DNA of 63,115 nucleotides, filler included, from Saprolegnia diclina VS20 (Eukaryota), in the NCBI RefSeq assembly GCF_000281045.1. It is 7 parts of 4 records of this genome, joined end to end, with 100 filler letters (N's around TTAATTAATTAA, not from the genome) between each part and the next. Parts side by side here need not be neighbours in the genome. Positions count along the whole stretch, not along the records: positions 1 to 18,262 come from NW_008246184.1; positions 18,363 to 30,647 come from NW_008246184.1; 5 more parts are not named here. One strand, given 5' to 3'. Of this stretch, positions 13,421-25,433 are shown in pieces. The notes beneath the pieces are model-generated. The model had not been told where the DNA came from. It ran no database searches and was given only the letters and a program-made list of their open reading frames with translations. The first letter of the stretch is position 1, and the number at the start of each line of letters is the position of its first letter. The translations under genes and the position numbers were made by a program.

Positions 13421-14877
13421 TCAAACACGCGTTTGCTTTCGCAGACAGCTCTGCATGGCTCGATCCAATTGGCTGCAAAAGCGCGCGCAGTTGGCCTCCG
13501 TCGTCTGAAGGATGAGCGTGCCGAGCGCCTCCGTCGTCATCGCCTCCGCCGATACCAGTCGCGCGGGCAGCGACAGCTGCACGCAGACTTGGACAAACGC
13601 GCCACCGTCCACGGCGTGGATCGTCGTCCTACAATGCACATATCGTCATTAGCTTCTCGGACTGGAATTTGGAAAAGTACCAGCCTTCCCGTTGGCCAAT
13701 GACATGGCGCTCGTCAACGGGATGCAGTTGGTCGTCGGCAATGGTTTGCCACGCATGCACGACGCTGCCGTCGCTCTCAACGTACCGACGCAGCGCTGTC
13801 CGAACTTCGATCTGCGACGAGGCCGGCGGCGGCAAGTGAATCATCTCCCTACACGATGCTTCGCATGAGCCACGAAACGGGAATACCACTTCATCACCGA
13901 AAGTACACNNNNNNNNNNNNNNNNNNNNNNNNNNNNNNNNNNNNNNNNNNNNNNNNNNNNNNNNNNNNNNNNNNNNNNNNNNNNNNNNNNNNNNNNNNNN
14001 NNNNNNNNGACGAGGCCGGCGGCGGCAAGTGAATCATCTCCCTACACGATGCTTCGCATGAGCCACGAAACGGGAATACCACTTCATCACCGAAAGTACA
14101 CGAGGCTATCGTGAAACGCTTGCAGTACCTAGAACTCAGAGGTAGCATTTTGGACAAGTTGTCATCAAGACGTACTTGGTTGTTGGTCCGCTGCGACTTG
14201 GAGCACCAGAGTACGTCGCTCATCTCCTGCACAGAGAGCGGCACCTTTCTGGAGAGGAGACACACCAACGAGATCGTCTCGCCCGAGCTGCGGTCGACAT
14301 AGGCCCGGTGCTGCTCGAGGCAGACGTCGCGGACGTCGTACAAGCCGTGCCGAATCCACTCGCGGCTACGCTTGTCGTACTGGGTCCGCAAAAGCTGCTC
14401 CAAATGCTGCGTGCGGTCCGTCGCACCAAGAGCACATTGCATCCACGAGCCGTCGTCGACAAGGATGCTTGGATGCTTGGAGAGGACACGTTGGAGGGTT
14501 TCAATGACCTGGGATCGCTCGAGCACCACGCTTTTGAGGCGAAGGTTCTCGTGCATTGCCCGTTGCACGCCGGTGGCTTGCTCGATGGCGCGGGCTTGCC
14601 ACGGCAGCGCCGCGGCCGGGACATTGGCGAGCCGCGCCTGGAGCGTATGCAAGTGACGCTGCAGCTTGGCGTGCGTTATGCGAAGGGCATCGATCTCTTG
14701 CTTGGGCCGCTGGTAGCCACGCTTGAGGCTGCTCGACGAGGCTGGTGACGACGCAGACGACGACGACGACGACGACGTTGTGTCGCCAAAGTCGACCGTT
14801 GGTGCGAGAAAAGCCGAGATGGTCGCAATGGAAATGTCGTCGGCCTTTTCGTTGGGCAAGAGACTTATGCTGGTCAT
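13421..14877 (-). CDS. M96-like family gene copy 8 (gap with duplicated flanks at 13818-14101)
   Basis: Close paralog of copies 7 and 9 with the same exon structure. Confidence 0.8.
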
Positions 14878-15620
14878 GCTGGTGTGGATGTTGGAGGCAA
14901 AAAGCCAAGTGTCCCCACGGGTACAGCGAGAGAAGACGCGTGTGTCACGACACTGATGGATCTTTTGTTTATACCTGTCCACGACGCCGTGCAATCTTTG
15001 AACCCAATCCAACCTGTCTTTTGATGTGCACCGGAAAGAACTTGCGCCCGCTCCTGGTGGCATCACCACGCGACGGTACATTATACGTCATGAGGCCAAA
15101 CGCCAACGTGATGAAGGAACCAAGGGCGGAAACTAGGGCTCGTAACGTCAATGGTATGCTCACACATCGGGTCCTGTCCCAGTCCTTGGAATCGCAATGA
15201 AGACGGAGGGGCAGCGCACATTTTTTAGAGTGTGGGTTCAGTCGGAGCAATTGAGCAAACAGAAAAAGTCTGCATGGTGCGTTGCCTTTTTCGATGTACG
15301 TGACACTGCCCTGCACCTTGCTATGTCGTGGTCTCACAAGCTTTGAAACCGCTCTCGGCAACTCAAAGTATCCAACGGACTGCAGCGTGCAGCCAGTTCC
15401 AGCCGCTGAAAGAAGCCGTCAAGAAAGTTGGCCCTAGTCCACATCTGTTCGTCTCGCCGTGTACTGCTAACCATTGGGATTGGCGTGGCGGGTACGAGAA
15501 GGCGAATTGCAAAGCGACGATGTCGCCTGTCGAATGCCAAAAATTCAATGTTTTGGCTGCGCCGGGACGTACGTGTACTTACTTGGTAGATGCAAAATCA
15601 CCAATAATACCACGAGCGAG

Positions 15621-15764
15621 GTCCGAGTACAGGAGCCTGCGTACGGCCTCGCGCGCGCTCTGACTCGGTGAGTGGGGTCCACCTCGGGATGGATCACTCC
15701 GTACTCACACTCGCAACGACCAAGTCCTGGGGCCAACTCCCACGCGTTTAAGCGCTACGTATGC
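15621..15764. repeat. Interspersed ~145-bp repeat, copy A
   Basis: Aligns by eye, with scattered mismatches, to 24893-25044 (gtccgagtacaggagcctgcgtacg...agcgctacgtatgc). Confidence 0.85.
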
Positions 15765-15892
15765 AGAATTTTGGAGGTCGTTTTTGCTTCTTTACAGTTA
15801 ATTGGAACGCAAACACGTTGGGGTGATTGAGAGCCCAGCGACTACCACGGTACAACACGTGAACAAAATGACGTCGGGTGCCAAACCGTTAT

Positions 15893-17170
15893 TTAAGCTC
15901 GATTTCTCTGCCGCAGATAGCTCTGCATGGCTCGATCCAGTTGGTTGCAAAAGTGCGTACAATTGGCCTCCATCGTTTGAAGAACGAGCTCGTCGAGCGC
16001 CTTGGTCGACATCGTCTCGGCCGATACGAATCGCGCGGGCAGCGACAGCTGCACGCATACTTGCACAAAAGCGCCACCGTCCACGGCGTGGATCGTCGTC
16101 CTAGAATGCACATATTGTCATTTGCTTCATGGACGTCATTAGGAAAAGTACCAGCCTTCGCGCTGGCCAATGACATGGCGTTCGTCAATCGGATGCAGCT
16201 GGTCGTCGGCGATGGCTCGCCATGCAAACACAACGCTGTCGTCGCTCTCGATGTACCGACGCAGTGCTGTTTGTACCTCAATCTGAGAGGACGCCGGCGG
16301 CGGCAAGTGAATCGTCTCCCTAATCCACGGTGTAGTCGCCAACTTGTCACAGGCTCCTACCGAAAGTAGACGAGGTTGTCGTGAAACGCTTGTAGGACCT
16401 AGTAACGACCATTTGGTTTGCACTTTGGACACGTTGTCATCAAGACGTACGGCAAATCGGCTGTCGGTCGGTTGCGACTTGAAGCGCCAATAGACGTCGC
16501 TCATTTCTTGCACGGAGAGCGGCACTTTTTTGGAGAGAAGACAACCCACCGAGACCGTGTTGTCCGAGCTGCGGTCGACGTAGGCCCGACGCTGCTCGAG
16601 GCAGACGTCACGGATGTCGTACAAGCCGTGCCGAATCCACTCCCGGCTGCGCTTGTCGTACTGGGTCCGCAGAAGCTGCTCCAAGCGCAACATGCGGTGG
16701 TCGGCTCCGAGTGCGCTCAGCATCCACGAGCCGTCGTCGACAAGGATGTTTGGGTACTTGGTGAGGACACGTTGAAGCGTCTCAATGACCTGGGCTCGCT
16801 CCAACACCATGTTTTTAAGCCGAAGGTTCTCGCGCATCGCTTGTTGCACGCCGGTGGCTTGCTCGATGGCGCGGGCTTGCCACGGCAGTGCCGCTGCCGG
16901 GACGTTGGCGAGCCGCGCCTGGAGCGTATGTAAACGACGCAACAGCTGGGCATACGTGATGCGGAGGGCATCGAGCTCTTGCTTGGGCCGCACGTAGCCT
17001 TGCTTGATTGGGATGCTGCACGGCGAGGCTGGCGATAACGACGACGACGACGACGACGACATGGACGACGACGAGCACGTCCTGTCCCCGAAGTCAGCGG
17101 TCGGCGCGAGAAAGGCCGAGATGGTCGCAATCGAAATGTCTTCGCTGTTCTCGCTGCGTACGGTTGTCAT
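15893..17170 (-). CDS. M96-like family gene copy 9 (3 introns)
   Basis: ISIATISAFLAPTADFGD, YVRPKQELDALR, QYDKRSREWIRHGL, WRAIADDQLHP..REGW. Confidence 0.85.
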
Positions 17171-18362
17171 GTTGTTGCTTAGTGGATGCAAAGTACGAGT
17201 GACGACGGCCTCCGACACGTTATGTATAGGACAGTGGAGGCGCTGGAAACACACTGTGTCCGCAACAGAACGGGAACTTCGATTCCGGATACCATACGAA
17301 AAATCTCGAAAACATGCAAAGGCGAGAGGCGGCCAGCCCACAAGTGCGCTCTCTTGCAAACGGACATGCCAGTAGGCTTCGATGACTTGCTATGATAGCC
17401 TGATACGGAGCGAAATAGGAATGATAATCAGCATACCTGGTAGCGCGTTGGCATTGTCCCGATGGCGGCATCCGGATACAGATGTACTTCGATCTTCGAT
17501 TCACACGTTTGAAATCAAAATGGTCATCATGGACACCTTCGTGAGATCGAGTCCAATGATATGCTCGATGTCAAACGCCGACTTCGTTGCGCTTTCAGAT
17601 TTCTGAGCATTGTGCGAGCAATATTTGTTGCCGTTTGGAAAAAAGTTATCTGCGGGCAAGGCAGATGTAGTACGCAGCACAGAATGAGCTTTTGTTGTGG
17701 CCCAGTTGTGCTACTTGGAGCCTCAGCGGCTTGTAGTCTCGGCAGCGTGGACGCTGAGCCACATATTTTGGGACGTTGCGTCCCGCAGCTTGGACCGCGT
17801 GGTAGCGTGGTGATACCGTCAAACCTTTGGAGCCCCTTGAAGAGCATGTTGTCGAAAACTCATACTGCGTACTAGTATACTAACTGCAAGTGGTTAGCGT
17901 TGCGACTACTCCAAATCGACGCGGCGGGCGTTTTACCGTAGCGGTTTCAAGATTACGCGTCGTAAAGGACACGTATAAACATTTTCGAAAGTGGTCAGTG
18001 AACCGTGCTGGACCGATTGGACAGTGTATTTTGGCCTGGCCAAACCCTTGCATCCCAGCGAGATCTTCTCGGGCAGCGTTCGGCATCGGTCGGATTTCCC
18101 GTCCAAATGACAACGGTGGCCCGGGCGTGATAACAGATCCCTTGCGGGGTGTGCTGGTAGGACTTTTGTATTGAATACGAAGCGTTAGTTAACGGTATTG
18201 CGACGTTGCTGCAGTCTTAAATGGCTCGATATATAGCCAATATGGGTTGGCCGGATTGAGACNNNNNNNNNNNNNNNNNNNNNNNNNNNNNNNNNNNNNN
18301 NNNNNNTTAATTAATTAANNNNNNNNNNNNNNNNNNNNNNNNNNNNNNNNNNNNNNNNNNNN

Positions 18363-18952
18363 ATGGTGCAAAAGTCGAGCTGTATGCGCTGCGATCCGAC
18401 GTAGCTTATACATATCTCGGGCGCGATCGATGGCGTCGTCACATGAAGCTCGTCCAGCGGCGTGTCGTTGTCAAGCGCCTCGTACAGGCGGTGACGAATC
18501 CACTCGGACTTGAGCCGCTCGAGCTGGTGTGCCATGATCTCGTCGACGTCGCGTCGCCGATGCGCTATGCCCAAGATGCTGAGGCCCGTCGAGGGCCGGA
18601 ACGTCGAGAGTTCGGGGTCCTTGAGCAACATCTTTTGCAGCGACCCAATGAGTTTTAGCTGGTCTTGCACCATCGCCTTGAGTCGCTTGTTCTCAAGGAG
18701 CGATCGCTGCGTCAGCTGCGTCTGCTCAACGGCGCGCACTGCCCAGCGCGAACCCAGAGGCACGAGCGTTTGCTGCGCGTGGAGCACGTGGAGCTGCTGC
18801 GTGAGTGCTTCGTGCTTGCATCGGAGGTATTCGAGCTCGTCCTTTGGCCGCTGGTAGCCGCTTTTTGCTGGCATGGCGCCCTCGCCAAAGTCGGTCGTCG
18901 AAGCGAGGAAGGCCGAGAGCTGGCTGCTGTCGTCGTCGAGGAACGCGGCCAT
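18363..18952 (-). CDS. M96-like family gene copy 10 (3' part lost in gap), close paralog of copy 6
   Basis: MAAFLDDDSSQLSAFLASTTDFG..YQRPKDELEYL..FRPSTGLSILGIAHRR, nearly identical to copy 6. Confidence 0.8.
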
Positions 18953-19224
18953 TGTCGTCTGCACTTGTCGAGTCGTTTGGACGCCGAGCCGCGAGGGAGA
19001 GTGATGTTTGTTTCAAAGCGTTCTTGCTGGTAAGTCTAGGGGTAGGGTAGAGACGCTCGTGGCGGGTGAAAAGCGTTCAAAGTTAACAGTATGTAGGTAT
19101 TTGCCGAGTTTGGACGGTTGGGCTGGAAACTGGGAGCGGATCGTGGCGAGGTAGCTATCTGGAGCGTTCCGCGAGCAGGAACACCAAGCTTGAGCCGGCC
19201 GCATGCAAATGACAAGGCGCTTGT

Positions 19225-19357
19225 TACAGTTCATAATGGTTTGTTTGGCAGCTGTGCACTATACGTTGTCATCAAGACGTACGGCAAATCGGCTGTCGGT
19301 CGGCTGCGACTTGAAGCGCCAATAGACGTCGCTCATTTCTTGCACGGAGAGCGGCAC
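19225..19357 (-). pseudogene. Chimeric M96-like fragment (copy-9-like exon 1 end joined to copy-11-like 3' end)
   Basis: 19263-19357 matches 16431-16525 with one mismatch; 19156-19262 repeats 19499-19604; next to a gap. Confidence 0.45.
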
Positions 19358-19566
19358 NNNNNNNNNNNNNNNNNNNNNNNNNNNNNNNNNNNNNNNNNNN
19401 NNNNNNNNNNNNNNNNNNNNNNNNNNNNNNNNNNNNNNNNNNNNNNNNNNNNNNNNNNNNNNNNNNNNNNNNNNNNNNNNNNNNNNNNNNNNNNNNNNTA
19501 TCTGGAGCGTTCCGCGAGCAGGAACACCAAGCTTGAGCCGGCCGCATGCAAATGACAAGGCGCTTG

Positions 19567-20832
19567 TTACAGTTCATAATGGTTTGTTTGGCAGCTGTGC
19601 ACTATCCGGTCGAGCTGGTTGAAAAGGCAAGTGCAATTAGTCTCCATCAGCGACAGCACGAGCGTGGCGAGCGCCTCGGGCGCTAGCGTACTCGTGGTCG
19701 ACAGCGCCGATGTCGGCAGCGAAAGTCGCACGCACACTTGCAGGAACGTGCTTGACCCGTCGTCCAGGGCCTGAACCGTCGCCCTAGTGCGCACGAATAT
19801 AGTCTTTTCCTTGCACAACGTCCTGGAAAAGGGTACCAGCCATCCCGTTGACCGATGACGTGGCGTGCGTCGATCGGATACAGGTGATCGTCGACAATGG
19901 AGCGCCACGCAAAGACGACGCTGTCGTTGCTTTCGGTATACCGTCGCAGTGCCGTCCGCGCCTCAATGCGCGGCAAATTTGGCGCCGGTAGATGCAGTGT
20001 CTCCCTAGACGACCTCGGAATTTAGACCCTAAACCTCGATGCAAAACAGCACCGAAAGTAGAGGAGGTCGGCGTGCAACTCTTCCAGTACCTAGTCCACA
20101 TGGCTGTCATAGATCGTAGTACAAACCCTCACACAGTACCGTACAGTCCCCTTCGAGGGGCCGCGATTTGAGTTGCCACAGCAAAGCACTCATGTCGTGC
20201 ACAGAGAGCGGCACCTTTTTCGAGAGAAGACAGACCAACGACAGCGTCTCGTTTGAGCTGCGTTCGACAAACCCCCGGCTCTCTTGCAAGTACTGGTCTC
20301 GGGCATCGTACAAGCCGTAGCGAACCCAGGCGCTGCAGCGCTTCTCGTACTGGTTCCGCAAGAGTTGCTCTAAATGCAGCGCGCGATTCGAAGGTCCCAA
20401 TATGGCCTGTGACCACGAGACATCGCGGCGCGCAGACTTGGGATGCTTGATAAGCACTCGCTGCAGGGCTTCGATGACCTGGGCCCGCTCGGCTACCATC
20501 TCTTGGAGCCGAGTGCTCTCTTGTCGAGCGCGTTGAACACCGGTCGCTTGCTCGATCGCTCGGGCCTGCCATGGCAGCGCCACGGCGGGAACCATCGCAA
20601 GCCGCGCCTGGAGCTTGCGTAGCCGGCGAGAGAGCTTTGTATGGAGGACGCGGAGTACCTCAATCTCTTGCTTGGGGCGTAGGTAGGTCATTGTGGTGCT
20701 GGACGGGGAGGTGGGCGGCGAGGACGCAGAGGACGATGATGTCGAGTCGCCAAAGTCGGTCGTCGGTGCGAGGAACGCCGAGATGGTCGCAAGCGAAATG
20801 TGCTCGCTCTCGTCGTTGTGCAAGGTTGCCAT
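19567..20832 (-). CDS. M96-like family gene copy 11 (3 introns)
   Basis: ISLATISAFLAPTTDFGD, YLRPKQEIEVLR, WRSIVDDHLYP..RDGW. Confidence 0.85.
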
Positions 20833-22016
20833 GTAGTTGGTGTTGTCGATGACGCAGATGCAAAAGTACTCTGAGGTTGTTGTTCCGGTAGGAAAGGCGG
20901 TTTTGCAGCCATCCGATAATCCGATAGCTCGATAGTTGCACCGTTTGCCCGTGGGTTACGACATGCAAAAAGTAGTCATGTTCTTGTTCTGGAGATTTGG
21001 TATTCCCGACAGCGTTGAAGCTGCGTGGAATGACAACGGGGTCGTCACCGTAGTGTGCCATGATGCGATACGCCATCTGCTTGCATTGGGGACGCCACGC
21101 TTCATGATGAGGGGCAATTCGTCGCATTTGCACCCTTCTTTGGTCGGCTTCAAGAATCTTCCACTACTTTTCAATGACAGTGATTGCAATTCCGATAATT
21201 ACGCCAAGTTGGAACAATGACTGAGCATAGAGTTTGTGGTGGGCCTGCGTGGCATGCTGCGGGGTAGGGTTGTCGACCCGATGACGCGTCGCAGGGGGCC
21301 GTGCAAACAATGTCCCGTCGGGTTAGCAAGCAGCAATGCAGCGAGGTTTACTGTATGCTGCAGTGTTTTTCTGCGTCACATTCTCCACCATCCATGCGAT
21401 ATGTCAGTCCAACACCATTCCGACACTTGTCCATCGAACGTGGGAATGCGTCGGACGATGCATCTCTATTTATCTAATGTACTTTCACTATATAGGTGCT
21501 CTAGAAGACGACGTGGTGGAGTAAACACTAATTAAATGTAGTGCGAATCTCAAGCGAAGCCAAGCGACAGGTCCTATGACGACCAGACCATCGCTCACGA
21601 GATCGCTCACGTGGCGTACCGAAATGCCGGCGGCTCGCCCGTCTCACTGCAGCGACACCTTGACGCCAGAGTCGTCGTACGCTTTAGTGAGCAGGACACG
21701 TTGAGACTTCGATCAATGCCACAGGCCGGAATGGCCACTCGCTTCCTGTTGATGGCTTTCCCATGGGCGGGAAAATGCTGCTCTGTGGATCTTCAACCAG
21801 CACTTCTTCGTCGATTCGATCGAAGCCACCTCGTACTCATCTTGCGCGAACGTATTTGTCTTGTTGGACTAGGAGGTGCGGCCTTTCTTAGGTTCTTAGG
21901 CAACTGTTTTCAACATTACCAAATTAAGCACTAGGTTGTCGGATCAACCCAACCCGTCCTCTCACATCCGCAATTCCCGGTGCACTCCAGGACTGGTACA
22001 CACTTTACATTTACGT

Positions 22017-23300
22017 TTACTGCCACTCGAAGGTCTGTTGCTGCTGACAGGCGCGGATCACTCGGTCCAATTGAGCGCAAAATTGTAAGCAGCTGGTCTC
22101 AAAGGTGTGCAAGACAACCTCATGGACGCCAAGTTCCGACATGGTCTCGCTCGTCAATAGCAACATTGGCAGCGACAGTCGCACAAACAGCTGCACGAAC
22201 GCGCCCCCCTTGATGGCGTCGATCGTTGTCCTACGTTTTCTCGTCACGAGGTTGCGGAAACAGCCGCTGCCTATTACCAGCCTTCGCGGCGGCCGACGAC
22301 CTTGGTCGAGTGTGGGTACAGCGGGTCGCTGGCGACCGACTGCCACACCAAGGTGACATTGTGCTCGTCCTGGACGTAGCGTTTTAGCACCGTCCGGGCC
22401 TCGATCGGCGGTAGCGTTCGGGCTGGCAAGTGAACTTGGTCGCTACGACCCATATTCGTTCTCCTGCGATCATGGCAGCTTGGACAACGTACCGGTGGTA
22501 GGCGAGATCGTCATCTTGGGAGCCATCGAGTGCCTAGGCATTGGAAGCATCAAGACATAACATCAATAAAGTGTAGCGAGTACCAGTGCCGTGCCATGCG
22601 TGGGCTGCGCCTTGTGGTGCCAGAGCACGTTGCTGACGGTCGTCACAGGCAAGAGCACGGTTTTTGATAGCAGAAAGACCACTGACAACGTCTCGTCCGA
22701 GCTGCGCAATGGATCCACAAACGCTTTGCGCATCTCGAGACACCGGTCACGGACGTCGTACAAGCCAAAACGGACCCACTCGCTGCTTCGCTTGTCGAAC
22801 TGGTGCTGGAGCAGGCGGTTTACGTCGTTCATGCGGTGCGTGTGTTGGAGGATGGCCTGCTTCCACGTCACACCGAGAGGTGGCAGCGCGGACGGGGGTG
22901 TCGTGAGAAGCTTCTTTAGCGCCGCCATCGTCTGGCGCTGGTCGCGAAGCAGACACTTGAGCTTGGCGTTCTCTTGGGTGGCTTTTTGGACGCCTTGGGC
23001 TTGCTCGATGGCGCGGGTTTGCCAGCGCCGCGCGGATGCCGGAACACTGTCGAGCCGTGCTTGGATCGCGTTCAGCATCCGGACGAGTCTCGCACGCTCG
23101 GCGTGAAGCGACTCGAGCTCTTGCTTGGGCCGGATGTAGCGCTGCTTGGTGTTTTTGGCGGTTTGGCGGGCTGGCAGTGTTGGCGAACTGGAGGACGAAG
23201 ATGAGGACGAGCTCGTCATGTCGTCGAGGTCGGTGGTTCCTGCGAGCAACGCCGTGATGGTCGCAAACGAGAGCTCGTCGTCGGTCGAGGAGCTTTGCAT
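22017..23300 (-). CDS. M96-like family gene copy 12 (3 introns)
   Basis: LSFATITALLAGTTDL, YIRPKQELESLH, HQFDKRSSEWVRFGL. Confidence 0.8.
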
Positions 23301-24892
23301 GAACGTTGTATCGGACGCTGTCTGGTTCGAGTTGTGCGGTTCTTTCACGCCTCGTACCGCAACTGAACGTATGCGCCAAGAGCAAATCAGATGGCAGAAG
23401 GGTCGACCCCCACGTGTTGTGGCATACCGCACGTACCTGGTACAGCTCCTAGTACCGCAGTGCTACACCGATGACTTGTTGGGTGGCGACAAGGAACGAA
23501 CTCGTAACGGTGCAGCACGGTTCGAATTGGTCGTGTAATGAATTCTGCACNNNNNNNNNNNNNNNNNNNNNNNNNNNNNNNNNNNNNNNNNNNNNNNNNN
23601 NNNNNNNNNNNNNNNNNNNNNNNNNNNNNNNNNNNNNNNNNNNNNNNNNNNNNNNNNNNNNNNNNNNNNNNNNNNNNNNNNNNNNNNNNNNNNNNNNNNN
23701 NNNNNNNNNNNNNNNNNNNNNNNNNNNNNNNNNNNNNNNNNNNNNNNNNNNNNNNNNNNNNNNNNNNNNNNNNNNNNNNNNNNNNNNNNNNNNNNNNNNN
23801 NNNNNNNNNNNNNNNNNNNNNNNNNNNNNNNNNNNNNNNNNNNNNNNNNNNNNNNNNNNNNNNNNNNNNNNNNNNNNNNNNNNNNNNNNNNNNNNNNNNN
23901 NNNNNNNNNNNNNNNNNNNNNNNNNNNNNNNNNNNNNNNNNNNNNNNNNNNNNNNNNNNNNNNNNNNNNNNNNNNNNNNNNNNNNNNNNNNNNNNNNNNN
24001 NNNNNNNNNNNNNNNNNNNNNNNNNNNNNNNNNNNNNNNNNNNNNNNNNNNNNNNNNNNNNNNNNNNNNNNNNNNNNNNNNNNNNNNNNNNNNNNNNNNN
24101 NNNNNNNNNNNNNNNNNNNNNNNNNNNNNNNNNNNNNNNNNNNNNNNNNNNNNNNNNNNNNNNNNNNNNNNNNNNNNNNNNNNNNNNNNNNNNNNNNNNN
24201 NNNNNNNNNNNNNNNNNNNNNNNNNNNNNNNNNNNNNNNNNNNNNNNNNNNNNNNNNNNNNNNNNNNNNNNNNNNNNNNNNNNNNNNNNNNNNNNNNNNN
24301 NNNNNNNNNNNNNNNNNNNNNNNNNNNNNNNNNNNNNNNNNNNNNNNNNNNNNNNNNNNNNNNNNNNNNNNNNNNNNNNNNNNNNNNNNNNNNNNNNNNN
24401 NNNNNNNNNNNNNNNNNNNNNNNNNNNNNNNNNNNNNNNNNNNNNNNNNNNNNNNNNNNNNNNNNNNNNNNNNNNNNNNNNNNNNNNNNNCTCGTAACGG
24501 TGCAGCACGGTTCGAATTGGTCGTGTAATGAATTCTGCACCATTCCAAGCGCACCTGGTGCCTTGAGCGGAGCGGCTTGCCGAGTCGCCCGCAGGGCCAT
24601 GGCGCGCTCCGGCGGGCTGTGCGCCCTGTGTCTCACGTCCTTTGCTGTGTAAGTGCCGGTCGGTGGTTGCGCCGATGGCGCCGCTCTTCGCGCGCTCGGC
24701 CTCGACGATTCAAGGCACGTCGAGCTCCCCGGCGGCCGTCAAGGAGATGAGATGACGCTGGCCCTCCCGTGCTTTCGCCCCGCGGTCGCCCTGCCTCCAC
24801 GAAGTCCCGTCGCCTCCCAGCCCTCCGCCGCCGCCACCAGTCGTCTGGCCGCACCGCGTGCGGCGTCGGTTCTATGTGCTCGGTCGGTATCC

Positions 24893-25044
24893 GTCCGAGT
24901 ACAGGAGCCTGCGTACGACCTCGCGCGAGCTATAACTCGGCGAGCGGGGTCCACCACGGGATGGATCTCTCCGTACGCAGCTCACTCCCAACGACCAAGC
25001 GCTGGAGCCAACTTCCACGCATTCAGGCGTAGCGCTACGTATGC
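24893..25044. repeat. Interspersed ~150-bp repeat, copy B
   Basis: Homologous to 15621-15764. Confidence 0.85.
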
Positions 25045-25433
25045 GAAGTCTTTGTGTCATAATGAAGATAACGCAGAACACGTTCATATATATAATGAAT
25101 TCTGCACTACGAGGGCAACAACACCAAACAACACCGAGGCGCGACCGCGAGGTCTTGTCTACAGCGTGTACCAACCGTCTTCGGCAAACCAAGCTCCGTT
25201 CGAGGCGATGTGTCCTTGAGTGATGCTGGCGCAACTAAATCAGCAATTCCAGTTCTTGGATGTTTGGATCACCGAGTTTGTTAGTAGAAATACGTAGCGC
25301 ATCCGTTGACAAGAAGAGGGAAGACGCCACCTATCAAAGTAATTTTGAAAGACCGAGTGGATACCCCCGCTCCACGTTGGGTACGAAACCAACGGCTCAC
25401 AGCGTCTCTAAGGCGCAACTTTCTTCATTGTTG

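Noticed and set aside
13818..14101. ~90-bp exact duplication on either side of the gap in copy 8
   Set aside because: Unmerged contig overlap; the gene is normal if the two copies are collapsed
14746..14777. (GAC)n / (TCG)n trinucleotide runs here and at 17037-17072
   Set aside because: They encode the poly-Ser tracts of the array genes; not CRISPR or independent repeats
17527..18174. ILCCVLH motif suggestive of a Harbinger transposase
   Set aside because: No other DDE motifs or TIRs recognisable; too weak to call
18307..18318. TTAATTAATTAA embedded in N runs (also 30692, 50039, 51894, 54536, 61094)
   Set aside because: Artificial all-frame-stop scaffolding linker between contigs, not a biological repeat
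23501..24540. 50-bp exact direct repeat flanking a 940-N gap
   Set aside because: Most likely a contig-end overlap; an LTR or tandem repeat cannot be assessed without the gap sequence
23387..24652. Long ORFs made mostly of X residues
   Set aside because: Artefacts of translating through Ns
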